NCBI GenBank assembly: GCA_963814375.1
Contig: CAWFCQ010000003.1
Coordinates: 96,001-160,000 of the forward strand
Source of the DNA: an uncultured Chloroflexia bacterium
GTDB lineage: Bacteria; Chloroflexota; Limnocylindria; QHBO01
Direction of reading: 5' to 3'
Length of the DNA stretch: 64,000 nt
Below the pieces are notes generated by a model. It ran no database searches. It worked only from the letters and a program-made list of their open reading frames with translations, and was not told the DNA's origin. A program made the position numbers and the translations under genes. Of the stretch, positions 9,343 to 20,314 are shown in pieces. The number at the start of each line of letters is the position of its first letter. The stretch's first letter is position 1.

Positions 9343-10732
9343 TCACCGCTGAGCGGCGGCCTGGCGGGCGATGTCCAGGAGCGCGTTTCGCTCATTGCGG
9401 GTCGGATCCTCCAGCACCGCCTCGACGAGTCGGTCGAGCATCCGCCCGATCTCCGGCCCGGCGGAAATGCCCAGCTCGCGCTGGAGGTCGTGGCCGTCGA
9501 CGGCCAGCCGGCTCCGGAGCGGCATGTCGGGTTGTCCCTCCAGCTCGGCGCGGATGCGCGCCTCGAGCCGATCCTGGTTCGCCTCGCCGGCGGCGCCAGC
9601 CCCGGAGGCACGGTTGTCGGCGCGCCGCAGGGCGAAGAGCAGCTCGCGGTCGATCCCCTCGAGGCGGTGGATGAAGCGGCGCACCGCCGCATCGGTCCAG
9701 GTCTCGTCGTAGGCGTACATGTGCTGCCGAATGACGTCGGGGATGCGCGCGTACGTCCCACCGATGCGCAGCCGCCGGAGAACGGCCGCGGCGAGATCGG
9801 CACCGACCAGCTCGTGGCCGATGAAGTGGCCATCTGCCCGCGTCGTCGCCTTGCCGAGGTCATGGAGGAGGGCGGCCAGTCTTACCGTGCCGTCGAGCGT
9901 CATCGGCGCCGCGTCGACAGCGGCGAGGGTGTGCTCCAGCGCGTCGCCCGACGTCGCCTTGTGCTGGGGGATCCCGCGCAGGGCCGCGAGCTCGGGGAGC
10001 AGCACGGCGAGAAGCCCGAAACGCTCCAGGAGCAAAAAGGCGTGCGACGGCCGCACGTCGAGCCGCAGGATGCGCAGCAGCTCGTCGCGGACCCGCTCGG
10101 CCGACACCGAGGCGACGGTCGGAGCGAGCTCCCCCAGCGCCGCAGCGGTGGCCGGATCGATCGTCATCTCGAAGCGTCCGGCGAACCGTGCAGCTCGGAC
10201 GAGCCGAAGGGCGTCCTCGGCGAAGCGCTCTCGCGCGTCCCCGACGGTGCGAAGCAGGCGCGCTTCGAGGTCGTCGCGGCCGCCGAACGGGTCGAGGACG
10301 ACTCCGGCACCCGCGTCCACGTCGCTCGGCAGCCAGGCGATGGCGTTGATGGTGAAGTCGCGTCGAGCCAGGTCGTCCGGTGAGCGAGACCCCGAAGCGG
10401 ACCTCGTCCGGGCGGCGCCGATCGCCGTACGCGCCCTCGGCGCGGTACGAGGTGACCTCCACCGGCGGCTCGCCGGCAATCGTCACCGTGCCGAATCGGT
10501 TCTCCCAGGTGGCGGCGGCGAAGAGCCCGGCAACGACCTCAGGCCGAGCCGAGGTCGCCGCGTCCCAGTCCCAGCCCCCCTCGCTGCCCAGAAGGCGATC
10601 TCTCACGCAGCCGCCGACCAGGGCGACCTCGTGCCCGGCGGCGGCGATCGCACGGAGCACCTCGGCCACCCGAGCCGGCATGGCCGGAAACGTGAGGTGC
10701 GATCCCCCGTCGGATGGTGGCGGACCCGCCAC
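9343..10732 (-). CDS. cca: CCA-adding tRNA nucleotidyltransferase with HD domain (one frameshift near 10380)
   Basis: LVGGCVRD, DWDAAT, EVTSYR in one frame; DLARRDFTINA, EDALRLVRAARF, LLHDLGK in the next. Probably a sequencing indel. Confidence 0.88.
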
Positions 10733-10734
10733 GG

Positions 10735-11274
10735 TCAGCCGACCGGCTGATGCGTGGCGATCGGCTCCAGGAAGAGGAAGGTACGCCAGGCGTCGTTGCG
10801 CTCGTCGGCCAGGTACGTGCCGAACAGGTAGCGGAGATCCGCGCGTGGCGCCCGCGGCTCGCGCAGGAGGTGCATCCGCGCCTCGGCGACCGTCTTGCCG
10901 CCCTTGCGGTGGTTGCAGGGCCGGCATGCGGCCACGAGGTTCTCCCACTCGTGGCGCCCGCCGCGGTGCTTCGGCGTGACATGGTCGAGGGTCAGGTCGC
11001 GGCTCACCTTGCCGCAGTACTGGCAGGTGTGGCGGTCCCGGCTGAAGACCTCACGACGGCTCAGCTTCACGCGCGGCTGCGGTCGCTTGACGTGGTACTG
11101 CAGCCGGATCACCGACGGCGCCGGGATCTCGATCGTCGGCGTGTGAATCACCTGGTGGTTCTTGGCCAGGAGCTCCGCCTTCGCAGCGCCGAGCAGCCGG
11201 AAGGCACGCCTGATGTCGCAGACGTTGAGGGGCTCGTAGTTCTGGTTCAGGACCAGTACCGGGACATTGAGCAT
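10735..11274 (-). CDS. HNH endonuclease (McrA/Rv2469c-like)
   Basis: VLVLNQNYEP, PSVIRL, RDRHTCQYCG, TLDHVTP, WENLVAACRPCNHRKG. Confidence 0.92.
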   Translation of the reverse strand: MLNVPVLVLNQNYEPLNVCDIRRAFRLLGAAKAELLAKNHQVIHTPTIEIPAPSVIRLQYHVKRPQPRVKLSRREVFSRDRHTCQYCGKVSRDLTLDHVTPKHRGGRHEWENLVAACRPCNHRKGGKTVAEARMHLLREPRAPRADLRYLFGTYLADERNDAWRTFLFLEPIATHQPVG

Positions 11275-11444
11275 CGTTCGTACGCCTTCCTGCGCCGGAT
11301 CATACCAATCAGGCGGCGCGTGCTGGCGCGGGGTGCTTTCTGCTGGACTCCCCTTGTGACACGGGCCTACGATGCGCGCGGCTTCACGTGCCGAGCAACG
11401 GAGGTGCAGAGCGTGACGTCCTCGCACGGGCGCGCCTCGCGACG

Positions 11445-12683
11445 ATGAGCAGCGCGTCCCCGAAGGCCCAGACCCGGGCCTTCCTGTTCGCCGACCTCAG
11501 GGGCTATTCCGCGTACACCGATCGGCATGGGGATGACGCGGCTCGACTCCTCATCCGCCGCTTCCGTGAGCTGGTCCGCGCGGAGATCGACGCCCATGAC
11601 GGCGCCGAGATCCGGACCGAGGGCGACTCCTTTTACGTCGTGTTCGACTCGATCAGCGACGCGGTGCTGGCAGGGCTCTCCATCCAGGACGCCGCCCGGA
11701 GCGCCGCCTCCGAGCCGGATAGCGTCCCGCTGCGCATCGGCATCGGCATCCACGCGGGCGAGGTCACGGACGGTGCCGAGGGGATCGTCAGCTCGGCGGT
11801 GAACACCGCCGCGCGGGTCTGCGCGATCGCCGAACCCGGCGAGGTCCTCGTCACCGACACCGTCCGCAGCCTCACACGGACCCTCCTGCCCAACGGCTTC
11901 ACCAGTCGCGGACGGCGACGGCTGAAGGGCATCGCCGAGCCGGTCGCGCTCTTCGCCGTGCGGCCCTCAGCGTCCGAGGATCGCTTGTTGCACACGCGTT
12001 CGCGGCGACCGCGGTTCGCGGTGGCGGGCGCGTTCGTGGCAGGCGTCGTCGTCATCGTCGGCGTGGCTCTCAGCGTCAGGGGACCGGCGCCGAGCGGTGG
12101 CGCCGAGACCACGCCGTCCGCGAGCACCACTGCGACCGAGCCGGAGGAGACGCACGACCTCGGCCGCTTCAACGACCCTGGGGAGTACCCCAACGGATTC
12201 GAGACGGCGTTGCTCGACCAGCTGCCGTCCGCCACGATCTCGAGCTGCGAGCGCGCCGATCCGTCGACGTATCCCGTCACCGTCATCGCGGCCGAAGATG
12301 CTGGCGTGTATGCGGCGGGGACGTACACGGCGGTCGTTCGCGCGGGCGTCACGTGCCTGACCGGCGGGAACCGCGCGACGTATCACCAGCTCGGCAGGCG
12401 TGGGGCCGGGTTCGCCCTGGACTCAGCCTTAGAGATCTTCCATAACGGCGTCTTTCGACGCTCCCTGGCGGAGGGCTCGTGCGAGGAGCGCACACGGGCG
12501 TACGCAGAATGGACCTCCGGCGGCCACACCGGCCACGTCATGTGCTTCATGCGGGATGGTGAGGCGGTCCTGGAGTGGACGTACCTCGACCCGAACATCT
12601 ACGCCATTGCGACGCGGCGTGACGGGGATCTGGCCGCGCTGTACGCCTGGTGGGAAGACTCCGGTCGGCGGCTGTCGAGATGA
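11445..12683 (+). CDS. Class III nucleotide cyclase + single TM + Cys-containing extracellular domain
   Basis: FLFADLRGYS, RTEGDSF, RIGIGIHAGE, VNTAARV, LKGI. Hydrophobic segment followed by a C-terminal domain ending LYAWW. Confidence 0.88.
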   Translation: MSSASPKAQTRAFLFADLRGYSAYTDRHGDDAARLLIRRFRELVRAEIDAHDGAEIRTEGDSFYVVFDSISDAVLAGLSIQDAARSAASEPDSVPLRIGIGIHAGEVTDGAEGIVSSAVNTAARVCAIAEPGEVLVTDTVRSLTRTLLPNGFTSRGRRRLKGIAEPVALFAVRPSASEDRLLHTRSRRPRFAVAGAFVAGVVVIVGVALSVRGPAPSGGAETTPSASTTATEPEETHDLGRFNDPGEYPNGFETALLDQLPSATISSCERADPSTYPVTVIAAEDAGVYAAGTYTAVVRAGVTCLTGGNRATYHQLGRRGAGFALDSALEIFHNGVFRRSLAEGSCEERTRAYAEWTSGGHTGHVMCFMRDGEAVLEWTYLDPNIYAIATRRDGDLAALYAWWEDSGRRLSR

Positions 12684-13971
12684 CTGACCAAACGCCGAGC
12701 CCATCCACGCCGCAGACACGCGGATTCCTCTTCGCGGATCTCCGCGGCTACTCGAAGTTCACCGACCAGCACGGCGACGCCGCGGCGGCCGAGCTCATCG
12801 GCCGCTATCGCGAGCTGGTCCGGACCGAGATCGCCGCCTTCCACGGCGCGGAGATCCGCACCGAGGGCGACAGCTTCTACGTCGTCTTCGGCGTCGGTCA
12901 GCGAGGCGGTCCAGGCCGGGCTGGCGATCCGAGACGCGGCGGCGACGGCATCGGCCGAGCCTGGTGCTTCCGCCGATCGACGTCGGGATCGGCATCCATG
13001 CCGGCGAGTCAACCGACGGCAGCCAGGGAATCGTCAGCTCGGCAGTCAACATCGCGGCTCGCGTCTGCGCGGTGGCGGAGCCGGGCGAGGTCCTCGTTAC
13101 GGACACCGTTCGCGGAGCTGACGCGGACCTTCCGGCCGAGTCGGATTCACATCGCGCGGGCGGCGACGGCTGAAGGGCATCGCGGAGCCGATGCGGCTGT
13201 CTCCGGCGTCGCCGTCGATCGCCCGATGGCCCTGCGCGGCTAGGCGGCGCGGGGCGCGTTCGATCGGCGCGCGGGTCGCGTTCGTTGGCGGCGATCGTCA
13301 TCGTCGCTGGCCGCGGCCGTCGTCGTCGCAGGGCGCGACTCGACACGCGCGACCACGGAGCCGTGGCCGACGATCACCCCTGGCCGTCCGTCATCGACCT
13401 CGGCGTCCAGCAGCTGCGGAGGCGACCCACGACCTCGGGCGATTCACGGACGCCCAAGGCGAGTTCCCGAACGCGGACGGAGACCGCTCTGATGGAGAAG
13501 CTGGCGAGCGGGCGTGACGTCGAGCTGACGACCGGGTAGATCCGTCGATCGTACCCGGCCGACTCCTATCCGAGCGAAACGGAAGCGACGAGCTCGCGTC
13601 AGGGTGCCGGAGTCGGCGCTCCGCGCGGGCATCAGGCTGCCTCACGCGGCGGCAACACTGCGACCTACCTCGCAGGTGGCCATCGCGGAGCTGCACCCAG
13701 GATCAACACCGCGAAGAGCTCTTCGGCAACCTGCTCTTCCGCCGCTCGATCAAGGAAGGCTGCGTGCACGGACGACGGCCGGGCGTACGAGGCATGGACC
13801 GTCGGAGCTCACGACCGGCCACGTCATGTGCTTCATGCGCGACGGCGAGGCGGTCGTTGAGAGTGGACCTACGTCGACGCAAACATCTACGCCATCGCCA
13901 CGCGCCGCGACGGTGATCTCGCCGCGCTGTACGCATGGTGGGAAGACGTCGGGCGGCGGCTGTCGAGGTGA
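12680..13971 (+). pseudogene. Tandem paralogue of the membrane cyclase, broken by multiple frameshifts
   Basis: The same motifs recur across changing frames: FADLRGYS, EIRTEGDSF, VNIAARVC, THDLGRF, TGHVMCFMRDGEAV, LAALYAWWED...RRLSR. May be intact in vivo (noisy consensus). Confidence 0.7.
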
Positions 13972-14082
13972 CTGACCGAGCGCCGAGCTCGCCCGTACCA
14001 CGGGGTGCATCCGTGCTCGAGTGGGACGGCCGATGTGGTCGATGGGCGGTGAGGCCGCCCCAGAGTAGAATTGGCGGCTGAT

Positions 14083-14973
14083 ATGACCACGATCGAACGA
14101 TCCACCTGGGCCACCAAGGTCGGGCTGGCCCGCATGCTCGCGGGCGGCGTGATCATGGACGTCGTGACCGCCGACCAGGCGAAGGTCGCCGAGGAGGCCG
14201 GCGCCGTGGCGGTCATGGCGCTCGAGCGCGTGCCTTCGGACATCCGCAAGTTCGGTGGCGTGGCGCGGATGAGCGACCCGCAGCTGATCAGCGAGATCAA
14301 GGCGGCGGTCAGCATCCCGGTCATGGCCAAGTGCCGCATCGGCCATTTCGCCGAGGCCCAGATCCTGGAGAGCCTCGAGGTCGACTACATCGACGAGTCG
14401 GAGGTCCTCACTCCGGCCGACGAGGAGCACCACATCGACAAGCACCGGTTCAAGGTGCCGTTCGTGTGCGGCTGCCGCGACCTGGGCGAGGCGCTGCGGC
14501 GCATCGGTGAGGGTGCGGCCATGATCCGCACCAAGGGCGAGGCGGGAACGGGCGACATCGTCGAGGCGGTGCGGCATATGCGCGCCGTCCAGAAGGGGAT
14601 CCGCGAGCTCAAGGGGATGCGGGAGGACGAGCTGTTCGCCGCCGCCAAGGAGCTCCGGGCGCCGCTGGACGTGGTGAAGCGCACCGCCGAGCTCGGCGCC
14701 CTGCCGGTGCCGAACTTCTCTGCGGGTGGCGTCGCCACTCCGGCAGATGCGAGCCTCATGCGCCAGCTCGGTGCCGAGGCCGTCTTCGTCGGCAGCGGCA
14801 TCTTCAAGAGCGAGTACCCCGAGCGATACGCGGCGGCGATCGTCAAGGCCGCGACCCACTACGACAATCCCGAGATCCTGGTCGAGGTCAGCACCGGCCT
14901 CGGCGAGCCGATGCGCGGACAGTCGTTGGGCGAGATCCCGCCGGAGGAGCGGCTCGCCGTCCGCGGCTGGTAG
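14083..14973 (+). CDS. pdxS: Pyridoxal 5'-phosphate synthase lyase subunit
   Basis: [49 protein letters not shown] at 14066. Confidence 0.97.
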   Translation: MTTIERSTWATKVGLARMLAGGVIMDVVTADQAKVAEEAGAVAVMALERVPSDIRKFGGVARMSDPQLISEIKAAVSIPVMAKCRIGHFAEAQILESLEVDYIDESEVLTPADEEHHIDKHRFKVPFVCGCRDLGEALRRIGEGAAMIRTKGEAGTGDIVEAVRHMRAVQKGIRELKGMREDELFAAAKELRAPLDVVKRTAELGALPVPNFSAGGVATPADASLMRQLGAEAVFVGSGIFKSEYPERYAAAIVKAATHYDNPEILVEVSTGLGEPMRGQSLGEIPPEERLAVRGW

Positions 14974-14984
14974 CGACGCCACCG

Positions 14985-15593
14985 ATGGAAACCGAGCGCC
15001 GGCCCCGCATCGGGGTGCTCGCCGTCCAGGGCGCAGTGCGAGAGCACGTCACCGCCATCCAGGACGTCGGCGGAGAGGCGGTCGAAGTACGCCTCCCTCG
15101 CGATCTCGTGGGCCTGGATGCCCTCATCCTGCCCGGCGGCGAGTCCACCACGATGCGGCACCTGATCGACGCCTACAACCTGCGCGAGCCGATCGCCGCA
15201 CTGGCACGCGCCGGGGCGCCGATGCTCGGCACCTGCGCCGGGATGATCCTGCTCGCCGATCGCATCGCCGATGGTGACGGCCCGGTCTTCGGCCTGCTCG
15301 ACCTCGAGGTGCGCCGCAACGGCTACGGCCGGCAGCTCGACAGCTTCGAGGCAGACCTCGAGGCTCCCTCGCTCGGCACCGAGCCGCTCCATGGCGTCTT
15401 CATCCGCGCGCCGATGGTCACCGATGTCGGGCCCGGAGCGGAGGTCCTGGCGCGTGACCCGGACGGTCGGCCGGTGGCAGTGCGCCAGGGGCGGGTGATC
15501 GCGACCGCGTTCCACCCCGAGCTGACGGCCGATCGGCGGGTGCATCGGCTCCTCGTCGAGATGATCGGGGAGGAGGCGAGGCGACCGGCGTGA
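14985..15593 (+). CDS. pdxT: PLP synthase glutaminase subunit
   Basis: LPGGEST, GTCAG, RNGYGRQ, FIRAP, FHPEL. Confidence 0.97.
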   Translation: METERRPRIGVLAVQGAVREHVTAIQDVGGEAVEVRLPRDLVGLDALILPGGESTTMRHLIDAYNLREPIAALARAGAPMLGTCAGMILLADRIADGDGPVFGLLDLEVRRNGYGRQLDSFEADLEAPSLGTEPLHGVFIRAPMVTDVGPGAEVLARDPDGRPVAVRQGRVIATAFHPELTADRRVHRLLVEMIGEEARRPA

Positions 15594-16651
15594 TCGAGGC
15601 AGAACGGACGATCCGCAGCGCCGGCCTGACCGACCGCCAGGCGCTGGCCGACCTCTCGCGCCGGGTCCACTCGACCTTCGACGCTCATCGCCGCAGCCTC
15701 GGGGTGCCGGCACCCAGCACCGAGTCGCGGCGCATCAGCCTCTCGACCCTGATGCCCTCGTGGCTCCCGCTGCGGGCTCCGTCCGTTCACCTGGTGGCCG
15801 AGGTCGACGGTGAGCTGGTCGGCAGCTGCCGCGCGATCGAGGAGCCGCACCGGGAGGACTGGGTGATCACCGAGCTCGATGCGGTCGACGGTCCGCTGGC
15901 TGCCGAGATCCGATACGACCTTCTCAACGCGCTGGTCGAGGAGGGCCAGCGGCACGACGTCGCCCGCTTCCACGCTGCCTGCGCCGATGTGAGGGAGAAC
16001 CTCGAGCTCTTCGGCCAGCTCAGCTTCATGGCCTATGCACAGGAGGAGATCTGGTGGCGCGCTCCCGAGCCGATGCGCGGCCCGCGCTCGTGGCTGCGGT
16101 CGCTGGTCAGCCGTGACGGGCCGAGCTCGACGCGAGCCGAGGCCGGCGCGGACCTGCCGGACCTCCAGCCCGCGGGCGCCCCGGACGCCTGGCACCTCTT
16201 CGACCTGTGGACCCACGCCACGCCCCCGGCGATCGCGCGCATCGAGGGCTACGGCGCCGCCGACTGGAACGCCGTGGGACACGAGGCGATCGTGCCGCGT
16301 TCGTCGCTCAACCCGGTGCTCCACTTCAGCGAGGTTGCCGCGTGGCTGATGCCGTCCGAGCAGCGCGCCGGGGGCTTCGCGCAGCACGGGACCTGCCGCG
16401 GCGGGCCGCACTACCTGCGCTTCCTGGTGCGCGACGGAGCGGACGGCGCGCGCTTCCTGCGCGCTGTCCTGGCCCGCATCGGCAGTGATGCACTGGCTGC
16501 AGGCATCCTGTCGCCGGTGCGAACATATGAGTCGGCCGGCATGCGCGCGGCCGAGACATACGGCTTCGAGCCGATCGGCCGCGTGACCCTGCTCGTGCGC
16601 GAGGTGCGCGCGCAGGTCCGGCAGCCGGCGATGGTGGCGGTGACGCGATGA
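15590..16651 (+). CDS. Hypothetical protein, probable tandem GNAT-like fold
   Basis: Coupled to pdxT and the next gene. LVAEVDGELVG and GFEPIG segments resemble GNAT strands; no clear acetyl-CoA motif A. Confidence 0.55.
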   Translation: MIEAERTIRSAGLTDRQALADLSRRVHSTFDAHRRSLGVPAPSTESRRISLSTLMPSWLPLRAPSVHLVAEVDGELVGSCRAIEEPHREDWVITELDAVDGPLAAEIRYDLLNALVEEGQRHDVARFHAACADVRENLELFGQLSFMAYAQEEIWWRAPEPMRGPRSWLRSLVSRDGPSSTRAEAGADLPDLQPAGAPDAWHLFDLWTHATPPAIARIEGYGAADWNAVGHEAIVPRSSLNPVLHFSEVAAWLMPSEQRAGGFAQHGTCRGGPHYLRFLVRDGADGARFLRAVLARIGSDALAAGILSPVRTYESAGMRAAETYGFEPIGRVTLLVREVRAQVRQPAMVAVTR

Positions 16652-18501
16652 GCAGCGACGGGGAGGGCAGGACCAAGGTGCAGCGGCGCGAGACGACCGA
16701 CGACCTGGATGCGCTCATGGAGGCCCTGCCGCCGGAGATCGTGGCGCGCCTGGCCGGGCTGGCGAATCGGACGGATCTGCTCGAGGTGGTGATGGACCTC
16801 GGGCGGCGTCCCGAGGCGCGCTTCACGACCGGCGAGGAAGACCTCCTCGACCGCGAGGTCACTGACGCCGACATCGCCCACGTCATCGATCACATCGGCG
16901 TGTTCGGCGACGACAACCGGGCCGGCATCGAGCGCACCCTCCATCGCATCAGCGCCATCCGCAACCGCTCCGGCAAGGTCGTGGGCCTGACGTGCCGCAT
17001 CGGCCGAGCGGTGTTCGGGACGATCGACATCATCCGCGACATCACCGAGGCCGGACAGTCGCTGCTCATCCTCGGACGGCCCGGCGTCGGCAAGACGACG
17101 ATGCTGCGCGAGGTGGCCCGCGTCCTCGCCGACGACCTGGGCAAGCGCGTCGTGGTGGTCGATACGAGCAACGAGATCGCCGGCGACGGCGACATCCCGC
17201 ACCCGGGCATCGGCGATGCCCGGCGCATGCAGGTCCGCACTCCGACCGAGCAGCACGCGGTGATGATCGAGGCGGTCGAGAACCACATGCCGGAGGTGAT
17301 CGTCATCGACGAGATCGGGACCGAGCTCGAGGCCGGTGCAGCGCGCACCATCGCCGAGCGCGGTGTGCAGCTGGTCGGGACAGCCCACGGCAACACGCTC
17401 GACAACCTGATGCTGAACCCAACGCTGTCGGACCTCGTGGGCGGCATTCAGCCGGTGACCCTCGGCGACGAGGAGGCGCGCCGGCGCGGGACGCAAAAGA
17501 CCGTCCTTGAGCGCAAGGCGCCGCCGACGTTCGATGTCCTGGTCGAGATCGTCGAGCGCGACAACGTCATCGTCCACCGCAACGTAGCCGAGACGGTCGA
17601 CGCCATCCTCCGCGGGCACATGGTGCCTCCGGAAGCGCGCTACCGCGACGAGCGCGGTGACCTGAAGGCCGCGACGAAGTACGACTACCGGATCAGCGAG
17701 ACCTCGTCCGGCAACCCGGCATTCGCACCGCTCGAGCCGACAGGTGGCTTCGGCGCCTTCGGGCGCGGCCGCTCGGCCGGTGGAGGCGGCGGCGCGCGCT
17801 ACGAGCGCGCCGGATTGCGTCCGCTCCCCGGTGGCGGCTCCGGAAACTTCGGTGGTGAGGCGCGCGGAGCGCGAGCACTCCCCGGCGAGCGCCTCTCCGG
17901 CGCAGCGGCCGGCGGCGATGATCGCAATCCGCGACGCGAGCTGGAGCAGGCGCTGGCCGAGATGGACGATCGCGCCGCGCTCGACCGGCCGATCGGCGCG
18001 CAGCGACCGAAGGACGAGCGGGCGCAGGCGCATCGGCCGATGAGCGTCTTCGCCTTCGGCGTCAGCCGCAAGCGGCTGGAGCAGGCGGTTCGCGAGCTCG
18101 GTGTCCCCGTCAACGTGGCGCGCGACCTCGACGAGGCGGACGCGGTCGTGACCCTGCGCAACTACTACAAGCGCAAGCCGGCAGCGCTGCGCGACGCCGA
18201 GTCCAACGGCGTGCCGATCTATGTGCTCAAGACGAACACCACTCTCCAGATGGGGAGCATGCTCGCGTCGCTGTTCGACCTGGAGGCCGATCCGCAGGAG
18301 GCCGCGCTGCGCGAGACGGCCGAGGCGATCGGGCTGGTGCAGGCCTCCGGCCGGCCGGTCGAGCTCGCGCCGCAGAACGCCTACGTCCGCCGGCTCCAGC
18401 ACCAGATGGCCGAGCGCAACGCGCTCATGAGCCGATCGCGAGGCTCCGAGCCGAACCGGCGCGTCGAGCTGATCCCCGAGGACGGCGGGCGCTGGAGGTG
18501 A
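16648..18501 (+). CDS. Ycf45/SpoIIIAA-like AAA ATPase with C-terminal R3H domain
   Basis: DLGRRPEAR, GRPGVGKTT, DTSNEIAG, ENHMPEVIVIDEIG, TAHG. R3H motif PQNAYVRRLQH. Confidence 0.92.
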   Translation: MSSDGEGRTKVQRRETTDDLDALMEALPPEIVARLAGLANRTDLLEVVMDLGRRPEARFTTGEEDLLDREVTDADIAHVIDHIGVFGDDNRAGIERTLHRISAIRNRSGKVVGLTCRIGRAVFGTIDIIRDITEAGQSLLILGRPGVGKTTMLREVARVLADDLGKRVVVVDTSNEIAGDGDIPHPGIGDARRMQVRTPTEQHAVMIEAVENHMPEVIVIDEIGTELEAGAARTIAERGVQLVGTAHGNTLDNLMLNPTLSDLVGGIQPVTLGDEEARRRGTQKTVLERKAPPTFDVLVEIVERDNVIVHRNVAETVDAILRGHMVPPEARYRDERGDLKAATKYDYRISETSSGNPAFAPLEPTGGFGAFGRGRSAGGGGGARYERAGLRPLPGGGSGNFGGEARGARALPGERLSGAAAGGDDRNPRRELEQALAEMDDRAALDRPIGAQRPKDERAQAHRPMSVFAFGVSRKRLEQAVRELGVPVNVARDLDEADAVVTLRNYYKRKPAALRDAESNGVPIYVLKTNTTLQMGSMLASLFDLEADPQEAALRETAEAIGLVQASGRPVELAPQNAYVRRLQHQMAERNALMSRSRGSEPNRRVELIPEDGGRWR

Positions 18502-19145
18502 GCGCCCCCGGGCGCTTCATCACGCTCGAGGGACCCGAGGGCAGCGGCAAGACCACCGCCGCCCGCCACCTGGCGGAGTGGCTGCGCGGGCGCGGCATCG
18601 CCACCCTCCTCACGCACGAGCCCGGCGGGACGCCGCTCGGCGAGGAGGTGCGGCGGATCGTGCTTCACATGCGCGGCATGAGCGACGACCTCGACCCGCG
18701 GGCCGACGCGCTTCTCTACGCCGCCGGCCGCGCCCAGCACGTCGCGCGCGTCATTCGGCCGGCCCTCGCGCGTGGTGACTGGGTTGTCTGCGCGCGCTTC
18801 CTCGATTCCTCGCTCGCCTACCAGGGCGCGGGCTACGGCAACGAGATGGACGAGCTTCGGCACCTCCAGGAGTTCGCCACCGGCGGCCTTCTCCCCGACC
18901 TGACGATCCTGCTCGACGTCCCGGTCGAGGTCGGGCTCGAGCGCACCCGCCGCCGCGCCGAGTGGAACCGCTTCGAGGACACCGAGGAGGCAGCCTTCTT
19001 CGAGCGCGTGCGCTCCGCGTACCTTGCCCTGGCGGCGGCCGAGCCGGAGCGATTCCGGACGGTCGACGGATCGGGCGCGGTCGAGGCTGCCGACGACGCC
19101 ATCCGCGCAATCGTCGAGGAGCTCGTGCCCCAGGCATCGGTCTAG
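18498..19145 (+). CDS. tmk: Thymidylate kinase
   Basis: FITLEGPEGSGKTT, EPGGT, RAQH, SSLAYQG, PDLTILLD. Confidence 0.95.
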   Translation: MSAPGRFITLEGPEGSGKTTAARHLAEWLRGRGIATLLTHEPGGTPLGEEVRRIVLHMRGMSDDLDPRADALLYAAGRAQHVARVIRPALARGDWVVCARFLDSSLAYQGAGYGNEMDELRHLQEFATGGLLPDLTILLDVPVEVGLERTRRRAEWNRFEDTEEAAFFERVRSAYLALAAAEPERFRTVDGSGAVEAADDAIRAIVEELVPQASV

Positions 19146-19153
19146 TCGCTCGG

Positions 19154-20156
19154 CTACGGCCCGAGCGGAGGATCGATCGAGTCGACCCTATCGAAGGTGA
19201 GGTCCGGAACGCCCTCGGGCCTGGCCACGGTCGCAACGAGCTGATCCTGGTTGCTCTCGTCGACGGCGACGTTGATTTCGATATCCTCCGCCGCCCCTGA
19301 CTCCGCTCCGACCGTGAACGTGATCGTGTAGGCGACGGGCGTTCCGGCGGAGTCTCGCAGTGCGAATACCGATGCGGGGACCTCGTGCACCTCGCCGCTG
19401 CGCGTCAGGCACTCCGCGGGATTGCCGGGATCGGCAACCGCGCGCTCCCACCACCTGACCGACGCGGCACCTGCCGCGCTCGGGTCAGTTGGGTACGAGG
19501 TCTCGTCGAGGTCGAGCACCAGGCAGGGTCCGTCGGTATTGAACGGGCCGCGGAGCAGGTAGAGGCCGTTGGGCTGGAGCGCGGTGACGGCCGGGGTCGG
19601 CAGCGGATCCAGCGGCGGATCGATCACCTCGACGCGGTCGAAGACGAGGCCCTCTCCGGCACCGGCGATCGCCTGGATGAGCTCCGGCGTGCTTCGGGCT
19701 GCCAGGATCGTGACCTCGATGTTCGGGTCCCCGGCCGGCGTCGGAAGTGAGAAGCCCACGACGTATCCGACCGTCTCGTCCGGCGCATCGTCGTCTGCGA
19801 GTCGCGTCACGGACGCGGTGACCTCCTCGACCTCGCCGGTCCGGGTGTCGCAGCCGGTCATCCCGCGCTCCCAGTGCAGGACGGTCGCGACGCCATCGGG
19901 CGCGTCGGTGCCGACCGGGATACGAACTCGGCTCCAGCTGGAGCGCCAGGCACGGGCCGAAGAACGCCTCGCGCAGCCGATACAGGCCGATGGGCGGAAT
20001 CTGGGCATCCGTCGAGGGGGAGGGTTCGGGCGTCGCCGTGGCCACCGCCACCGGGGCCGCCTGCGGCAGCAGCGGCGCGGCCAGCATCAGGCCGAGAAGG
20101 ACCGCCGAGAGGACGGCCGCGACGGCGACGCCGGCGTCGAGGATGCGGGAGCCCAT
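19154..20156 (-). CDS. Membrane-anchored protein with two internal ~140-aa repeats (frameshift near 19920)
   Basis: N-terminal hydrophobic anchor and Pro/Thr linker, then two copies of GLY.LR..F.GPCL.L.L...SYP...WER...C.TR.GEV...FDRV..IDPPL. Confidence 0.7.
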
Positions 20157-20314
20157 CGGCACAGGATGCCCGAAGTTGTCGGTGAGCGGAACGCGCTCGA
20201 TGGCAGGGCTGGCGAAGGAGCCGCGGGGCGCGCGACGGGTGGCCCTCGGCTGCTCCCCTGCGCCATACTGAACGCCTTCGTTGCAGCGCCCCATCCTTGT
20301 AGGAGCCGCCGCCC

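Noticed and set aside
10735-11274. HNH nuclease as a defence or mobile system
   Set aside because: It is the widespread stand-alone McrA/Rv2469c-like type in a housekeeping context, with no methylase, repeat array or transposon ends.
11445-13971. Cyclases as Pycsar/CBASS defence or a DGR template/variable pair
   Set aside because: The architecture is receptor-like, there is no effector or reverse transcriptase, and the differences between copies are not adenine-specific.
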